From an uncultured Chloroflexia bacterium (lineage in GTDB: Bacteria; Chloroflexota; Limnocylindria; Limnocylindrales; CSP1-4): a stretch of DNA of 64,000 nucleotides. A program made the position numbers and the translations under genes. Below, in pieces: positions 52,746-62,417 of the stretch. The notes under the pieces were generated by a model. It searched no databases. It was given only the letters and a program-made list of their open reading frames with translations, and was not told where the DNA came from. The stretch is taken from positions 160,001 to 224,000 of the forward strand of contig CAVVYR010000007.1 of the NCBI GenBank assembly GCA_963752475.1. The letters run 5' to 3'. How positions within the stretch are numbered: the first letter of the stretch is position 1; every line of letters begins with the position of its first letter.

Positions 52746-55700
52746 TCCGCCTGACCGAGTTCTCGCTGCGCCAGAAGAGCGTCGTTCTCCTGCTGGCGAT
52801 CGGCATCTTCCTCGCGGGTGCATACAGCTGGACCACGCTCAAGCAGGAGCTCATCCCCGACATCCAACTGCCCTTCGTCATGGTCATCAGCCCGATGCCG
52901 GGTGCCGGTGCCGAGTCCGTGGCCGTACAGGTGACCGAGCCTATCGAGCAGACACTCGTCACCGTACCCCGGCGCGAGACCACGCAGTCGAGCTCGTCCA
53001 ACTCGATGTCGATGATCTTCGCCGAGTTCGACTTCGGCACGGACGTCAAGGCCGCAGTGGATGACGTCGAGCGTGCGGTCGGGACCGCCCAGCTGCCCGA
53101 GGACGTCGACCCCTTGGTCATGTCCTTCAGCATCGACCAGATGCCCATCGTGACCGCCACCATCGGTGCCGCCGAAGGTGCCGACCCGGCAGTGGCGGCT
53201 GAGATCGCGCGCCACGAGATCCTGCCCAAGCTACAGGGCATCGACGGCGTCTCCACCGCCGAGCTCACCGGCGGCTCGACACCCGTCCTCGACATCGTCC
53301 TCGATCCCGAGGCCATGGCCGAGAAGGGTGTCAGCCTGCAGCAGGTCCAGGGCATCCTCTACGCCAACCAGATCACGCTGCCGTCGGGCTCCATCACCGA
53401 CGGCGATCTGCGCCTGCCCGTCTCGACCGCGTACGAGTACACCTCGGTGTCCGATCTCGAGGCTCAGATCGTCGGCTCCAGTGGCGGCGCGACTGCCGCC
53501 GGTGGCGCGGGTGCCATGACAGCGGCTCCCGCCGAAGAGGCATCGGCCAAGGTGCCGGCTGCCGACGAGGTCGCGGCCGAAGAAGAGGCCGGCGGCCTGC
53601 TCGGGGCCCTCGGCGACCTGTCCCAGCTGGCCGAGGCGCTGGCAGCCATGCCCGTGCCGGTCACCCTGGGCGACATCGCCACCATCGAAGAGAACGACGC
53701 CTTCCTCTCCGGCTATGCCCGCACCAACGGCCAGCCCTCGCTGACCGTGTCGATCTCACAGACCTCCGGGGCCAACACCGTACAGGTCTCCAGCGAGGTC
53801 GAGAAGGTCTTCGAAGAGGCCCTCGAGGCCTACCCGGATGTGCTCCTCATCGAGACCGTCGTCGATTCGGCCGACTACATCAACGAATCCATCGATGGCC
53901 TGCTGCAGGAGGGCCTCCTGGGCGGCCTCTTCGCGGTCCTGGTCATCCTCCTGTTCCTGCGCAGCCTGCGCACCACGCTCGTGGCGGCCATCAGCATCCC
54001 GCTCTCGCTGTTCATCGCCATCGCCACGTTCGGCCTCTTCGGCCTGTCCATCAACATCCTGACACTCTCCGGTCTGACGGTGGCCGTGGGCAGAGTCATC
54101 GACGACTCGATCGTCGTGATCGAGAACATCTTCCGACACAAGGGCATGGGTGACGAGATCGGCGATGCCGTGATCAACGGCACCAAGGAGGTCGCCGCGG
54201 CCATCACCACCAGCACCGTCACCACGGTCGCCATCTTCCTGCCCATCGGGTTCGTGGGTGGCCTGGTTAGCCAGTTCTTCCAGCCGTTCGCGCTGGCGGT
54301 CACCTTCGCCATGCTGGCCTCGCTCGTCGTGGCCCTCACCGTCATCCCCGTGCTGGCCTACCTCTTCCTGGGCAAGATCGACGTCAGGGTCGACGAGAAC
54401 GGCGAGCCGCGGGAGACGATCTGGCAGCGCATCTACACGCCCATCCTCGAGCTCGCCCTGCGCGGGCGCCTGACCAAGTGGGCCACCGTCGGCCTGGCCG
54501 CGGTCATCTCGGTGGCGGCGATGGGCGCGGCCGCCAGCCTGCCTACCGCCTTCATCGACATGGGCGGGGAGAACCTCGTCTCCATCACCGTCTCGCCGCC
54601 GCAGGGCGGCTCCTCGGACGCGGTGCGTGAGAAGTCCATCGAAGCCGAGCAGATCCTGCTCGCGCGTGATGACGTGGAGATGGTGATGTCCACCGTCCCC
54701 GGCGACGAGGACACGGGCAGCCAGGCGCTGCAGGCCGCGTTCGCCGGTCGCGCGCCCAACAGTGCGGCCATGACCGTGCGCATCGACGACAGCGGCGACA
54801 TGGAGGAGACGCGCCAGGGCATCAAGTCCGACCTGGAACACCTCTCTGCCGACGGCTACGAGGTCGTCGTCTCCGGCGAGAGCGCGATGGCGGCCGGCAT
54901 GAGCAGCATGGCCATCGTGGTCAGCGGACCCGACGCCGCCGAGATCAAGGCTGCCAGCGATCTCATCGCGGCCGAGCTGACCGAGATGGACGGCCTGGAC
55001 AACGTGGCCAGCGACGCGGTCGCCGAGTCGCCCCAGGTGCTGGTCGCGGTCGATCCCAACATGGCCATGATGATCGGCTCGACGACCGCCCAGGTCGGAA
55101 CCTCCATCCGCGAGGTGCTCGTGGGCTCGCCGCTGGGCACCTTCACCATGGAGGACGGCACGCTCCGAGACACCACGCTGCGGGTCTCCGACGCCGGCAT
55201 CGAGTCCGTCGAGAGCCTGCGGCAGATGCCGGTTAGCGGCATGGCCGGCAGCGCCCCGCTGGGCCAGGTCGCCGACGTCGACGTGGTCGAGGTCCGAGGT
55301 ACGGTCACGCGCGTTGACGGCGCGCCGGCCGCGACGGTGACGGCCGAGATCATCACCGACGACACGGGCGCGGCTTCGGAGGAGGCAGCCCAGCGCATCG
55401 ATACGTTGCGCGAAGAGGGGCTCATTCCCGACACCATCGAGACCACCTTCGCCGGTGCCACCGCGGAGATGGAAGAGGCCTTCGGGTCACTGATCATGTC
55501 GATGCTCTTCGCCATCCTCGTGGTCTACATCGTGATGGTGCTGGCCCTGGGCTCGCTCATCACGCCCTTCATCATCCTCTTCAGCCTGCCGCTGGCGGCC
55601 ATCGGTGCCTTCCCGGCGCTGGCCATCACCGGGCATCCGCTGGGCATGAGCGCCATGGTCGGGCTGCTCATGCTCATCGGCATCGTGGTCACGAATGCCA

Positions 55701-56068
55701 TCGTCCTGCTGGACTTCGTGGAACAGCGGCGAGCCAAGGGTGACGACGTCCGAACCGCGCTCATCGGCGGCGGCCGGGTCCGCGTGCGTCCGATCCTGAT
55801 GACCGCCATCGCCACGATGCTGGCGCTGGGGCCGGTGGCCATGGGTATGGCCCATGGTTCGATCATCGCCGAGGAGTTGGCCACGGTCGTCATCGGTGGC
55901 CTCTTCAGTTCCACCTTCCTCACGCTCATCGTCATCCCGGTGCTGTACTCCCTCGTGGAGGGCGGCAAGGCCGGCTTCCACCAGCGCTTCGGTGGCGGCG
56001 GTGACCAGACTCCGGCCGTGGAGGAAGCCCCGACCGCGACCGACACGCCCGCCCCGGCCGAAGGCTAG
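52742..56068 (+). CDS. RND (AcrB/SwrC-like) efflux permease, copy 2 (Met-rich)
   Basis: RVIDDSIVVIENI, GIVVTNAIVLLDFV, RVRPILMTA; colinear with copy 1. Confidence 0.95.
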   Translation: MIRLTEFSLRQKSVVLLLAIGIFLAGAYSWTTLKQELIPDIQLPFVMVISPMPGAGAESVAVQVTEPIEQTLVTVPRRETTQSSSSNSMSMIFAEFDFGTDVKAAVDDVERAVGTAQLPEDVDPLVMSFSIDQMPIVTATIGAAEGADPAVAAEIARHEILPKLQGIDGVSTAELTGGSTPVLDIVLDPEAMAEKGVSLQQVQGILYANQITLPSGSITDGDLRLPVSTAYEYTSVSDLEAQIVGSSGGATAAGGAGAMTAAPAEEASAKVPAADEVAAEEEAGGLLGALGDLSQLAEALAAMPVPVTLGDIATIEENDAFLSGYARTNGQPSLTVSISQTSGANTVQVSSEVEKVFEEALEAYPDVLLIETVVDSADYINESIDGLLQEGLLGGLFAVLVILLFLRSLRTTLVAAISIPLSLFIAIATFGLFGLSINILTLSGLTVAVGRVIDDSIVVIENIFRHKGMGDEIGDAVINGTKEVAAAITTSTVTTVAIFLPIGFVGGLVSQFFQPFALAVTFAMLASLVVALTVIPVLAYLFLGKIDVRVDENGEPRETIWQRIYTPILELALRGRLTKWATVGLAAVISVAAMGAAASLPTAFIDMGGENLVSITVSPPQGGSSDAVREKSIEAEQILLARDDVEMVMSTVPGDEDTGSQALQAAFAGRAPNSAAMTVRIDDSGDMEETRQGIKSDLEHLSADGYEVVVSGESAMAAGMSSMAIVVSGPDAAEIKAASDLIAAELTEMDGLDNVASDAVAESPQVLVAVDPNMAMMIGSTTAQVGTSIREVLVGSPLGTFTMEDGTLRDTTLRVSDAGIESVESLRQMPVSGMAGSAPLGQVADVDVVEVRGTVTRVDGAPAATVTAEIITDDTGAASEEAAQRIDTLREEGLIPDTIETTFAGATAEMEEAFGSLIMSMLFAILVVYIVMVLALGSLITPFIILFSLPLAAIGAFPALAITGHPLGMSAMVGLLMLIGIVVTNAIVLLDFVEQRRAKGDDVRTALIGGGRVRVRPILMTAIATMLALGPVAMGMAHGSIIAEELATVVIGGLFSSTFLTLIVIPVLYSLVEGGKAGFHQRFGGGGDQTPAVEEAPTATDTPAPAEG

Positions 56069-56139
56069 GAGAGGGCAGGGGCTTGGAGCCCCGAGCAGCC
56101 ATCACGCGGGGCGGTCCGGCAGCGAGCCGGGCCGCCTCG

Positions 56140-56355
56140 CTATCCGGCGGATCGGCCTCGGACGACGAGCCCGTCGAGCAGCCGCTGCGTGGCTATGGCG
56201 ATCTCGTCCACGGCAGCCTCGAAGACCTGCTCGTTGACTCGGGATGGCTTGCGGTAGCCGCTCAGCTTGCGCACGTACTGCAGCGCAGCGGCGCGCACGT
56301 CATCGTCGGTGACCGGCTCGGTTGACCCCCGGAGCGTCTTGATCGATCGGCACAT
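56140..56355 (-). CDS. DUF2277-family small protein
   Basis: MCRSIKTLR...AAALQYVRKLSG...FEAAVDEI; ATG 56355 lies 8 nt after TACCAT. Confidence 0.85.
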   Translation of the reverse strand: MCRSIKTLRGSTEPVTDDDVRAAALQYVRKLSGYRKPSRVNEQVFEAAVDEIAIATQRLLDGLVVRGRSAG

Positions 56356-56530
56356 GGACGCAGATGGTAGCGCCCTGGTGCGCGAACGCAACACCCCGGC
56401 AGACCCGGCCGAGCGACGTTAGACTCGACCGCAGTCGCACATCGGCGCGGGGTCCCTCTTGTCGGGAGGTGTGCCCAGATCCCGTCCGGCCGTGTTGTCG
56501 TCGCACGACCAGATAGGAGCCGCCCCCCGC

Positions 56531-57499
56531 ATGAGCCGAGCGCTGCTTGCCCTCGTCGCCCTCCTGTTCGCCCTTGCCGTCTCCGGCTGTTCTGAGCTGG
56601 CCGTGGGTGCGGGCACCGAACAGACTGGCAACACCGGCGGCAAGACGGCCAAGGTCGAGCCTGCGCCCAAGCCTACGAAGCCACCGCTACGGATCCCGGA
56701 TCTGGTGGGCGAGGATGGCCGGCTGACGGTGCTGATCCTGGGCAGTGACTATCGCGAAGGCATCATCGGCGAGCGCACGGACGCCCTCATCGTGGCCTCC
56801 GTCAATCCGCGTTCCGGACGCGTGGCCATGGTCAGCCTGCCGCGCGACACGGTCAACGTGCCTATCGCTCCGGGCAAGGTCTACGGCGGCCGCATCAACT
56901 CGCTCTTCTGGGACTACGAGCGCGCCACGGGCAAGACCAAGCAGGCGCTCAAGAAGGTCAAGCGCGACCTGTCGTACGCCTTCGGGGTGGAGATCGACTA
57001 CTACGCGCTGGTCGAGTTCGACGGGCTCATCCGCCTCATCAACAGCATCGGCGGTATCGACGTCACGCTCAAGCAGGCTCTTGTCGACCCGACCATGCAC
57101 ATCGGCAAGAACGGCCTGAAGCTGAAGGCGGGTGAGCGCGAGCTCGACGGCAGGAAGGCTCTGGCCTTCTCGCGCTCGCGCCACACGGACAGCGACTACG
57201 GCCGTTCCAAGCGCCAGCACCAGGTCCTCACCGCGGCCACCGAGAAAGTACGCCGACGTGGCTCCGACCAGCTCGGTGCGCTCGTGGAAGTGGCGCGCAA
57301 GAAGATCGTCACCGACCTGCCCTTGCGCGCGGCGCCGGCGCTCCTGGAGCTGGCGGGCAAGGCCGACCTGAGCAAGGTCAAGTCGGTCGTGTTGGAGCCA
57401 GGTCGCTACGCGCGGGAGCTGGCCGGCAGCTACACCATCGCGCCCAATGTCCTCGAGCAGCAGAAGCTCTTCGACCGCATCATGAAGCCGGTGGAGTGA
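56531..57499 (+). CDS. LytR-CpsA-Psr (LCP) family glycopolymer transferase, predicted lipoprotein
   Basis: LILGSD, RTDALIV, SLPRDT, RINS, FSRSR..DSDYGRSKRQ; lipobox-like AVSGC. Confidence 0.9.
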   Translation: MSRALLALVALLFALAVSGCSELAVGAGTEQTGNTGGKTAKVEPAPKPTKPPLRIPDLVGEDGRLTVLILGSDYREGIIGERTDALIVASVNPRSGRVAMVSLPRDTVNVPIAPGKVYGGRINSLFWDYERATGKTKQALKKVKRDLSYAFGVEIDYYALVEFDGLIRLINSIGGIDVTLKQALVDPTMHIGKNGLKLKAGERELDGRKALAFSRSRHTDSDYGRSKRQHQVLTAATEKVRRRGSDQLGALVEVARKKIVTDLPLRAAPALLELAGKADLSKVKSVVLEPGRYARELAGSYTIAPNVLEQQKLFDRIMKPVE

Positions 57500-57535
57500 C
57501 CACCCTCCGCATGCTGTAGCGGTCGCAGCAACGAA

Positions 57536-57565
57536 GAAGCCGCCGGTCTTCCGACCGACGGCTTC
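57536..57565 (-). terminator. Terminator between convergent genes
   Basis: Minus strand GAAGCCGTCGGTC-GGAA-GACCGGCGGCTTC followed by TTCGTT. Confidence 0.6.
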
Positions 57566-57603
57566 GAGTTCGTACCAGCGGGCCCCGCCCGATGGTGTGT
57601 TCG

Positions 57604-58353
57604 CTAGGAGGCTGCGGGTTCCTCTTCCTCCTTCTTGGCCGCACCGGCGACCCAGATGAGAAGGATGCCGGCGGCGCCGAAGCCGAGGCCCATGAGCAGG
57701 ACCACTGCGGCGATGCCGAGGCCGACCTGCGCGAGCGAGGCCGTCACAGCACCCACGCCGAGCTCGGCGAAGAGGCCGTGCACCGTGCCGCTCCAGGTCT
57801 GCTCACGAGCTGGACCGTCTAGCGGGTGGGTGCGGTTGAACTGCGTCCAGTAGCGCTCGTTGACCGGGACCTCGTAGACGCCGGGGTTGAAGACCTCGTC
57901 CACACCCGTCGTGCTCGGGTCCCACTCACCGCCGAAGTACTCGACCGCGTCCTCCGAGATGCCCTCTTCGCCGTCGCCATCCCACTCGGCCGTCTCGGTC
58001 AGGACCACGTTCTGGGTGCCGGTGAGCGTGTGGTAGGCGATCGTGGCCATCTGGTACATGTACTCGGTGGCCGTGTTGACGAGCGGGTCGTCGGGATCGA
58101 GCTCGCCGTCGACGATGGGCCAGCGCCAGGTCTCACCAAGCAGCTCGAGGATGGCCTCAGCGCCCTCGGTGGTGCCTCGATCGATGAGCTCGCCATCAGC
58201 GTTGTAGCTGAGCTGGACATCCTGGGCCTCGCTGAAGCCCTGCAGCGAGTCCGCGCTCTCCTGCGTGCGCAGGTACGTGTAGCCCGACGCGCCCAGCGCG
58301 ACGATGCCGATGATGATGAGGATCACACCGGTGATCCGAAGCCGTGAAGCCAT
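57604..58353 (-). CDS. Uncharacterised membrane protein (N- and C-terminal TM helices, acidic extracytoplasmic domain)
   Basis: ATG 58353 after GGGAG; typical codon usage; 249 aa. Confidence 0.8.
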   Translation of the reverse strand: MASRLRITGVILIIIGIVALGASGYTYLRTQESADSLQGFSEAQDVQLSYNADGELIDRGTTEGAEAILELLGETWRWPIVDGELDPDDPLVNTATEYMYQMATIAYHTLTGTQNVVLTETAEWDGDGEEGISEDAVEYFGGEWDPSTTGVDEVFNPGVYEVPVNERYWTQFNRTHPLDGPAREQTWSGTVHGLFAELGVGAVTASLAQVGLGIAAVVLLMGLGFGAAGILLIWVAGAAKKEEEEPAAS

Positions 58354-58599
58354 GGAGTTGGGGGGCTCCCTTCTGTCTTGTCGGCTGCTCGCTATGGGAA
58401 GCAGCCGCATATGCCTCTCTGGTCTCGACCATGCTGGAAGAGAATGGATAGAGACTAACTTATCGTTCTCCTCATCTTCGACGTTCTTCGACAGCAACCG
58501 CCGTGCCATATGGCCCGATGTATCAGGGCCGCTTGAACAAGTCCGCTTGAGGAGGTCAGCATGCGAAGGCGAGCGACTGCTCGTTCCCGAGGACCAGAA

Positions 58600-58622
58600 G
58601 AGCCGGGCGCAAGGCCCGGCTC
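58600..58622 (-). terminator. Hairpin after CAP gene
   Basis: GAGCCGGGC/GCCCGGCTC 9-bp stem followed by TTCT on the minus strand. Confidence 0.5.
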
Positions 58623-58646
58623 CGTCAGGTGTCGATGGACCGTCGG

Positions 58647-59243
58647 TCAGTCGAGCTTCTTGCCGTAGAAGTTCATCACCAGCTGGGTCTTCCGACCGCC
58701 GTAGCGCGCGACCCCGACCCCGACGCTCCTGAAGTCCGGATCCTTGATCTGGCGCCAGTGGGGGCCGTTGTAGGACTTCTCAGCCTGCCACATGCGGATG
58801 ATACGGACGACCGTCTTCTTGGCGCTGCCGTACATGCCGCAACCCATGTTCTCGCCATTGGCGATGTGCTTGAGGCTGACCGCGGCGAAGCGGCGATCGA
58901 CGGTGGAGCCGTTTCGCGCATGACCGATCCAGCAGGAGCGGGTGCCGTACCACTGTACCGACTTCCTCACCCAGGGCCACGAAACGCGGTTGGAGATCCT
59001 GGTGCTGTGCTTGAGGGTGCGCATCGCCTTGGAGTGGTTGCCCTTACCCCAGCCCTTGCACTTGCCATTGGCCGTGACGAGACCGCCGCTGCGGATGCAG
59101 TTGGTCAGTCGGATGGCCGTGTCTTCCGCTTCCTTCGCGCGCCAGGGGATGGCGGCCGCGGCGGGGACGGCGGTCAGCGCGACCAGCACGAAGGCAAGCA
59201 CGCTTGCGATCGCGAGGTGGGTGGATGCGGTGCTACGAGTCAT
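58647..59243 (-). CDS. Secreted CAP/SCP-domain protein
   Basis: Signal peptide; IGH...GENMG...W...PHWRQI..PDFRSVGVGV. Confidence 0.8.
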   Translation of the reverse strand: MTRSTASTHLAIASVLAFVLVALTAVPAAAAIPWRAKEAEDTAIRLTNCIRSGGLVTANGKCKGWGKGNHSKAMRTLKHSTRISNRVSWPWVRKSVQWYGTRSCWIGHARNGSTVDRRFAAVSLKHIANGENMGCGMYGSAKKTVVRIIRMWQAEKSYNGPHWRQIKDPDFRSVGVGVARYGGRKTQLVMNFYGKKLD

Positions 59244-59519
59244 GCGGCAACTCCTGGCTGCCGCGTGGCCATATGCAACGGGTGGGCCTCCGTTGTTCTC
59301 CCTACGTCACGGGACGCCGAGCTGGGGCTCGATCGGCCGGGCACTGGCCATTTTCATCCCTATCGGCCGACTATCGCTGGGGCGACACCGAGCCGACGAC
59401 CGCCAAAGGGTACCGTGTCTCGGGTCCATTTGTCTTACCCAGTGGGTCTGGCGGCCGGCATCGGGGTAGGCGACTACCGCTAGCATGTGGCCGACACTGA
59501 GGCGGAGGAGAGGCAGCAC

Positions 59520-61066
59520 GTGGACAGCAAGAAGTTCTCGCTCTACGGGAACACGATCACCCCGGACCAGGACCGTAAGGCCCTTGGGTGGCAGCAGATG
59601 TTCATCGACAAGTTCGGCTACGACCCCGATGAACGGTACGAGCTGAGCGTGCACGACAACGCCGAGCTTGGCGATGTGCTGGGGATCCGCGAGATCCGTC
59701 GCGATGCGCAGGGTGATCCCATCGACCGCGAGAACGGCGTCGTCATCTCGACCATCCGCATGGGCTTCGGTCACTACCGCATCGCCATGGCCGGCGCCTC
59801 CGCCGCCCGGGCTCTGGGTTACACGCCCTTGTGGCTGGACCTGCTGGCGATTCCCGGCATCACCCAGGACGCCATCAACTGGTGGAACACGAACTACTCG
59901 AAGTACTCGCGGCTGTCCCAGCGCAGCAGTCTGTTCAACAAGTACGTATGGGAGTCGGTGACTTCGGGCGACAAGACGCTGCCGGGACTCAACTGGTTGC
60001 TCAACAACCGAGCCATCGGCTGGCCCTGGCGCTTCCTCAAGGCCAACGCTCGCGACTACCGCAAGAGCGAGCTGTTCGGTGACCTGCACCGTGCCATGCC
60101 CTCGGACATGCCCATCCTCACCGCCCACATGTGGAATTGCATGGGTGCGGTCGCGGGCGGCATGACCAACGTGGTCGACATGATGTTCGACAACTGGCCC
60201 ATGGCCTTCCAGCTCACGGAGGGCGCCACCCACGGCGGTGCAGTCACCCTCGGGCTACTACGGCTTCCGCATCATGAATCAGTTCGACGAAGAGGACCGC
60301 ATCCTCAATCCCACGCCGGCTGACGCCATCGAGTACGTGGGCCACCACGTGGACCATGAGCTGGTCGAGAACATCGAGGTCGACTGCGCCGCGCGCCTGG
60401 CGCGCATGAGGGACGGCGAGCCGCGCCGGTTCGTGCTCACGATGGGCGGCGCCGGTGCCCAGCGGGAGCTGTTCAAGGCCATCATCGATCACGCCGTCCC
60501 ATGATCGCGCGCGGCGAGATGACGCTCTTCGTCAACCTCGGGCGACCACGAGACGAACTGGGATTGGCTCAAGGGCGAGCTGGGCCCGGCCGCGAAGGAT
60601 CGTGACGCTGCACCGAACGTGGGAGGACACGAAGGCCTACGCCGACGAGATCCGTGAAGGTGAGGCCAGCGGCCTGCACGTCTTCATCTTCGACAACACG
60701 TTCCATGGGGTCTATGCCACCAACTACCTGATGCGCGTGACCGACGTGATGATCACCAAGCCGTCCGAGCTGGCCTTCTACCCCATCCCCAAGATCTTCA
60801 ACGAGCGCGTCGGCGCCCACGAGGCCTGGGGTGCCATCCGCAGTGCAGAGGTGGGCGACGGCACGATCGAGACCCGCAGCATCCCGCGTACGCTGCAGGC
60901 CATCGACCTGCTCGCGCAGGAGACCGACCTCATGGGGCTATTCTGCGACAGCATCGTCAAGAACAAGCGCAGCGGGATCTACGACGGCGCCTACAAGTGC
61001 GTCGCGCTCGCGACCGGCGGCACGTTCGAGCGCACCGACGAGGGCATCTCGTTCACTCGCAGCTAG
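59520..61066 (+). CDS. GT-B-fold-like protein (recalled as DUF6937/DUF6938 family), broken by four single-base indels
   Basis: IRMGFGHYRI, DNWPMA, MGGAGAQ, ITKPSELAFYP, GIYDGAY recovered by joining frames; GTG 59520 after GGAGG. Confidence 0.7.
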
Positions 61067-61290
61067 GCCCTCGCGTCCGCTAGCCGTGCCGGCTCGGCTA
61101 CTGCTCGATCGCGCGTACAGGCGATCCTGAGCCGGGGCACCTCGAGCCCGTCGCGTGGGCCGGGCGCCGGCGTGCGTCCCCCGCGGATCGCGTCGACGAA
61201 CGCCTCCAGGTCCAGCCGGACGGCTTCGAAACGGTCGAGGAAGGTCTGGGGGTGGTCGCCCTTGAGGGCCGAAGTCGTGGCTGGATGTCG
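61063..61290 (-). pseudogene. C-terminal remnant of a Gfo/Idh/MocA (IolG-like) oxidoreductase
   Basis: FLDRFEA..LDLEAFVDAIRGGRTPAPGPRDGLE...IACTR; no Rossmann N-terminus upstream. Confidence 0.5.
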
Positions 61291-61387
61291 CCGCAGCCTT
61301 CTGATCGTCCTCCACCTTCTCGCGTGGAGGGGGCGCACTCGGCTTGCCCTGCGCGCTAGGCTACGGCGCAACGGGAGCACACGGACG

Positions 61388-62209
61388 ATGCTGAACCCAC
61401 CGGTCATCGATGCCCATCACCATTTCGGAGGCTCGGGCCCGAGCATGGATCACGGGCCTGATCAGCTCTGGCCGGAGCTCGAGGCGGAGCGCATCAGCGG
61501 CACCGTGCTCGCGGTGGCCGAGCCGTCCACCGAGCGAACCCGCGAGCTGCTGCGCCTGGCTTCGACCGTGCCCTGGATCCGGGGTGTCGTGGGCTGGGCC
61601 GACCTCACCGCCGATGGCGTCGCCGCTACCATCGCGCAGCTGCGAGCCGGCCCCGGCGGCGAGCTGCTGGTGGGGCTGCGCCATCCGATCCTCGACGAGG
61701 CCGACCCGAGGTGGATGGACAGGGCCGATGTCCGTCGCGGCCTGGCCGCGGTGGCCGAGGCCGGGCTGGCCTTCGACCTCGGCGTGCGCACGCGCGAACT
61801 GCCGGCCGCGGTGGAAGCCTGCGCCGCCCTGCCCGACCTGCGCTTCGTGCTCGAGCATCTGGCCTGCCCGCCGATCGCCAGCGGTGACCTCTCCGCCTGG
61901 GGGCGGGCGTTGCTGGAGCTGGCCGAGCGGCCCAACGTCAGCGCCTCGCTCTCGGGCCTCGTCAGCGAGGCCGATCCGCTGACGTGGTCCATCTACGACC
62001 TGAGCCACCCCGTGGAACTGGCGGTCGACGCCTTCGGCCCGGAGCGGTTGATGCTCGGCTCCGACTGGCCCCATTGCCTGCGGTCCGGCACCTACGCGGA
62101 CGCTATCGATCCGGTGCGCTACCTCCTGGCCGAGCTGCCGAGCCACCAGCAGGACGAGATCCGCGGCACCACGGCGATCCGTGTCTACGGACTGACGAAC
62201 GACGAGTGA
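61388..62209 (+). CDS. Amidohydrolase_2 family protein (L-fucono-lactonase-like)
   Basis: IDAHHH, GVVGW, GLRH, VLEHLACP, FGPERLMLGSDWP; ATG 61388. Confidence 0.87.
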   Translation: MLNPPVIDAHHHFGGSGPSMDHGPDQLWPELEAERISGTVLAVAEPSTERTRELLRLASTVPWIRGVVGWADLTADGVAATIAQLRAGPGGELLVGLRHPILDEADPRWMDRADVRRGLAAVAEAGLAFDLGVRTRELPAAVEACAALPDLRFVLEHLACPPIASGDLSAWGRALLELAERPNVSASLSGLVSEADPLTWSIYDLSHPVELAVDAFGPERLMLGSDWPHCLRSGTYADAIDPVRYLLAELPSHQQDEIRGTTAIRVYGLTNDE

Positions 62210-62417
62210 GCAGTGGTGCGCCCGTGCACCACTGCGGTTGCGGTTCGGTCACATTCGGGCGTACAGCCCCCTTCGACGGTGCCTGAGCGGCGCGAACACC
62301 ACGCGAGACTTGCTATCCTGCGCCGACGCGCTGGGTCTGGGAGGACTGGCGCTGACACCCGGGGGCGATTGGGAGCGCTTCCGTGCGTCATCCAACATCC
62401 ACATGGAGGATCACGTC

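Noticed and set aside
62320-62417. Riboswitch in the amino-acid ABC transporter leader
   Set aside because: Some pairing (GACGCGC/GTGCGTC) but no recognisable aptamer motif
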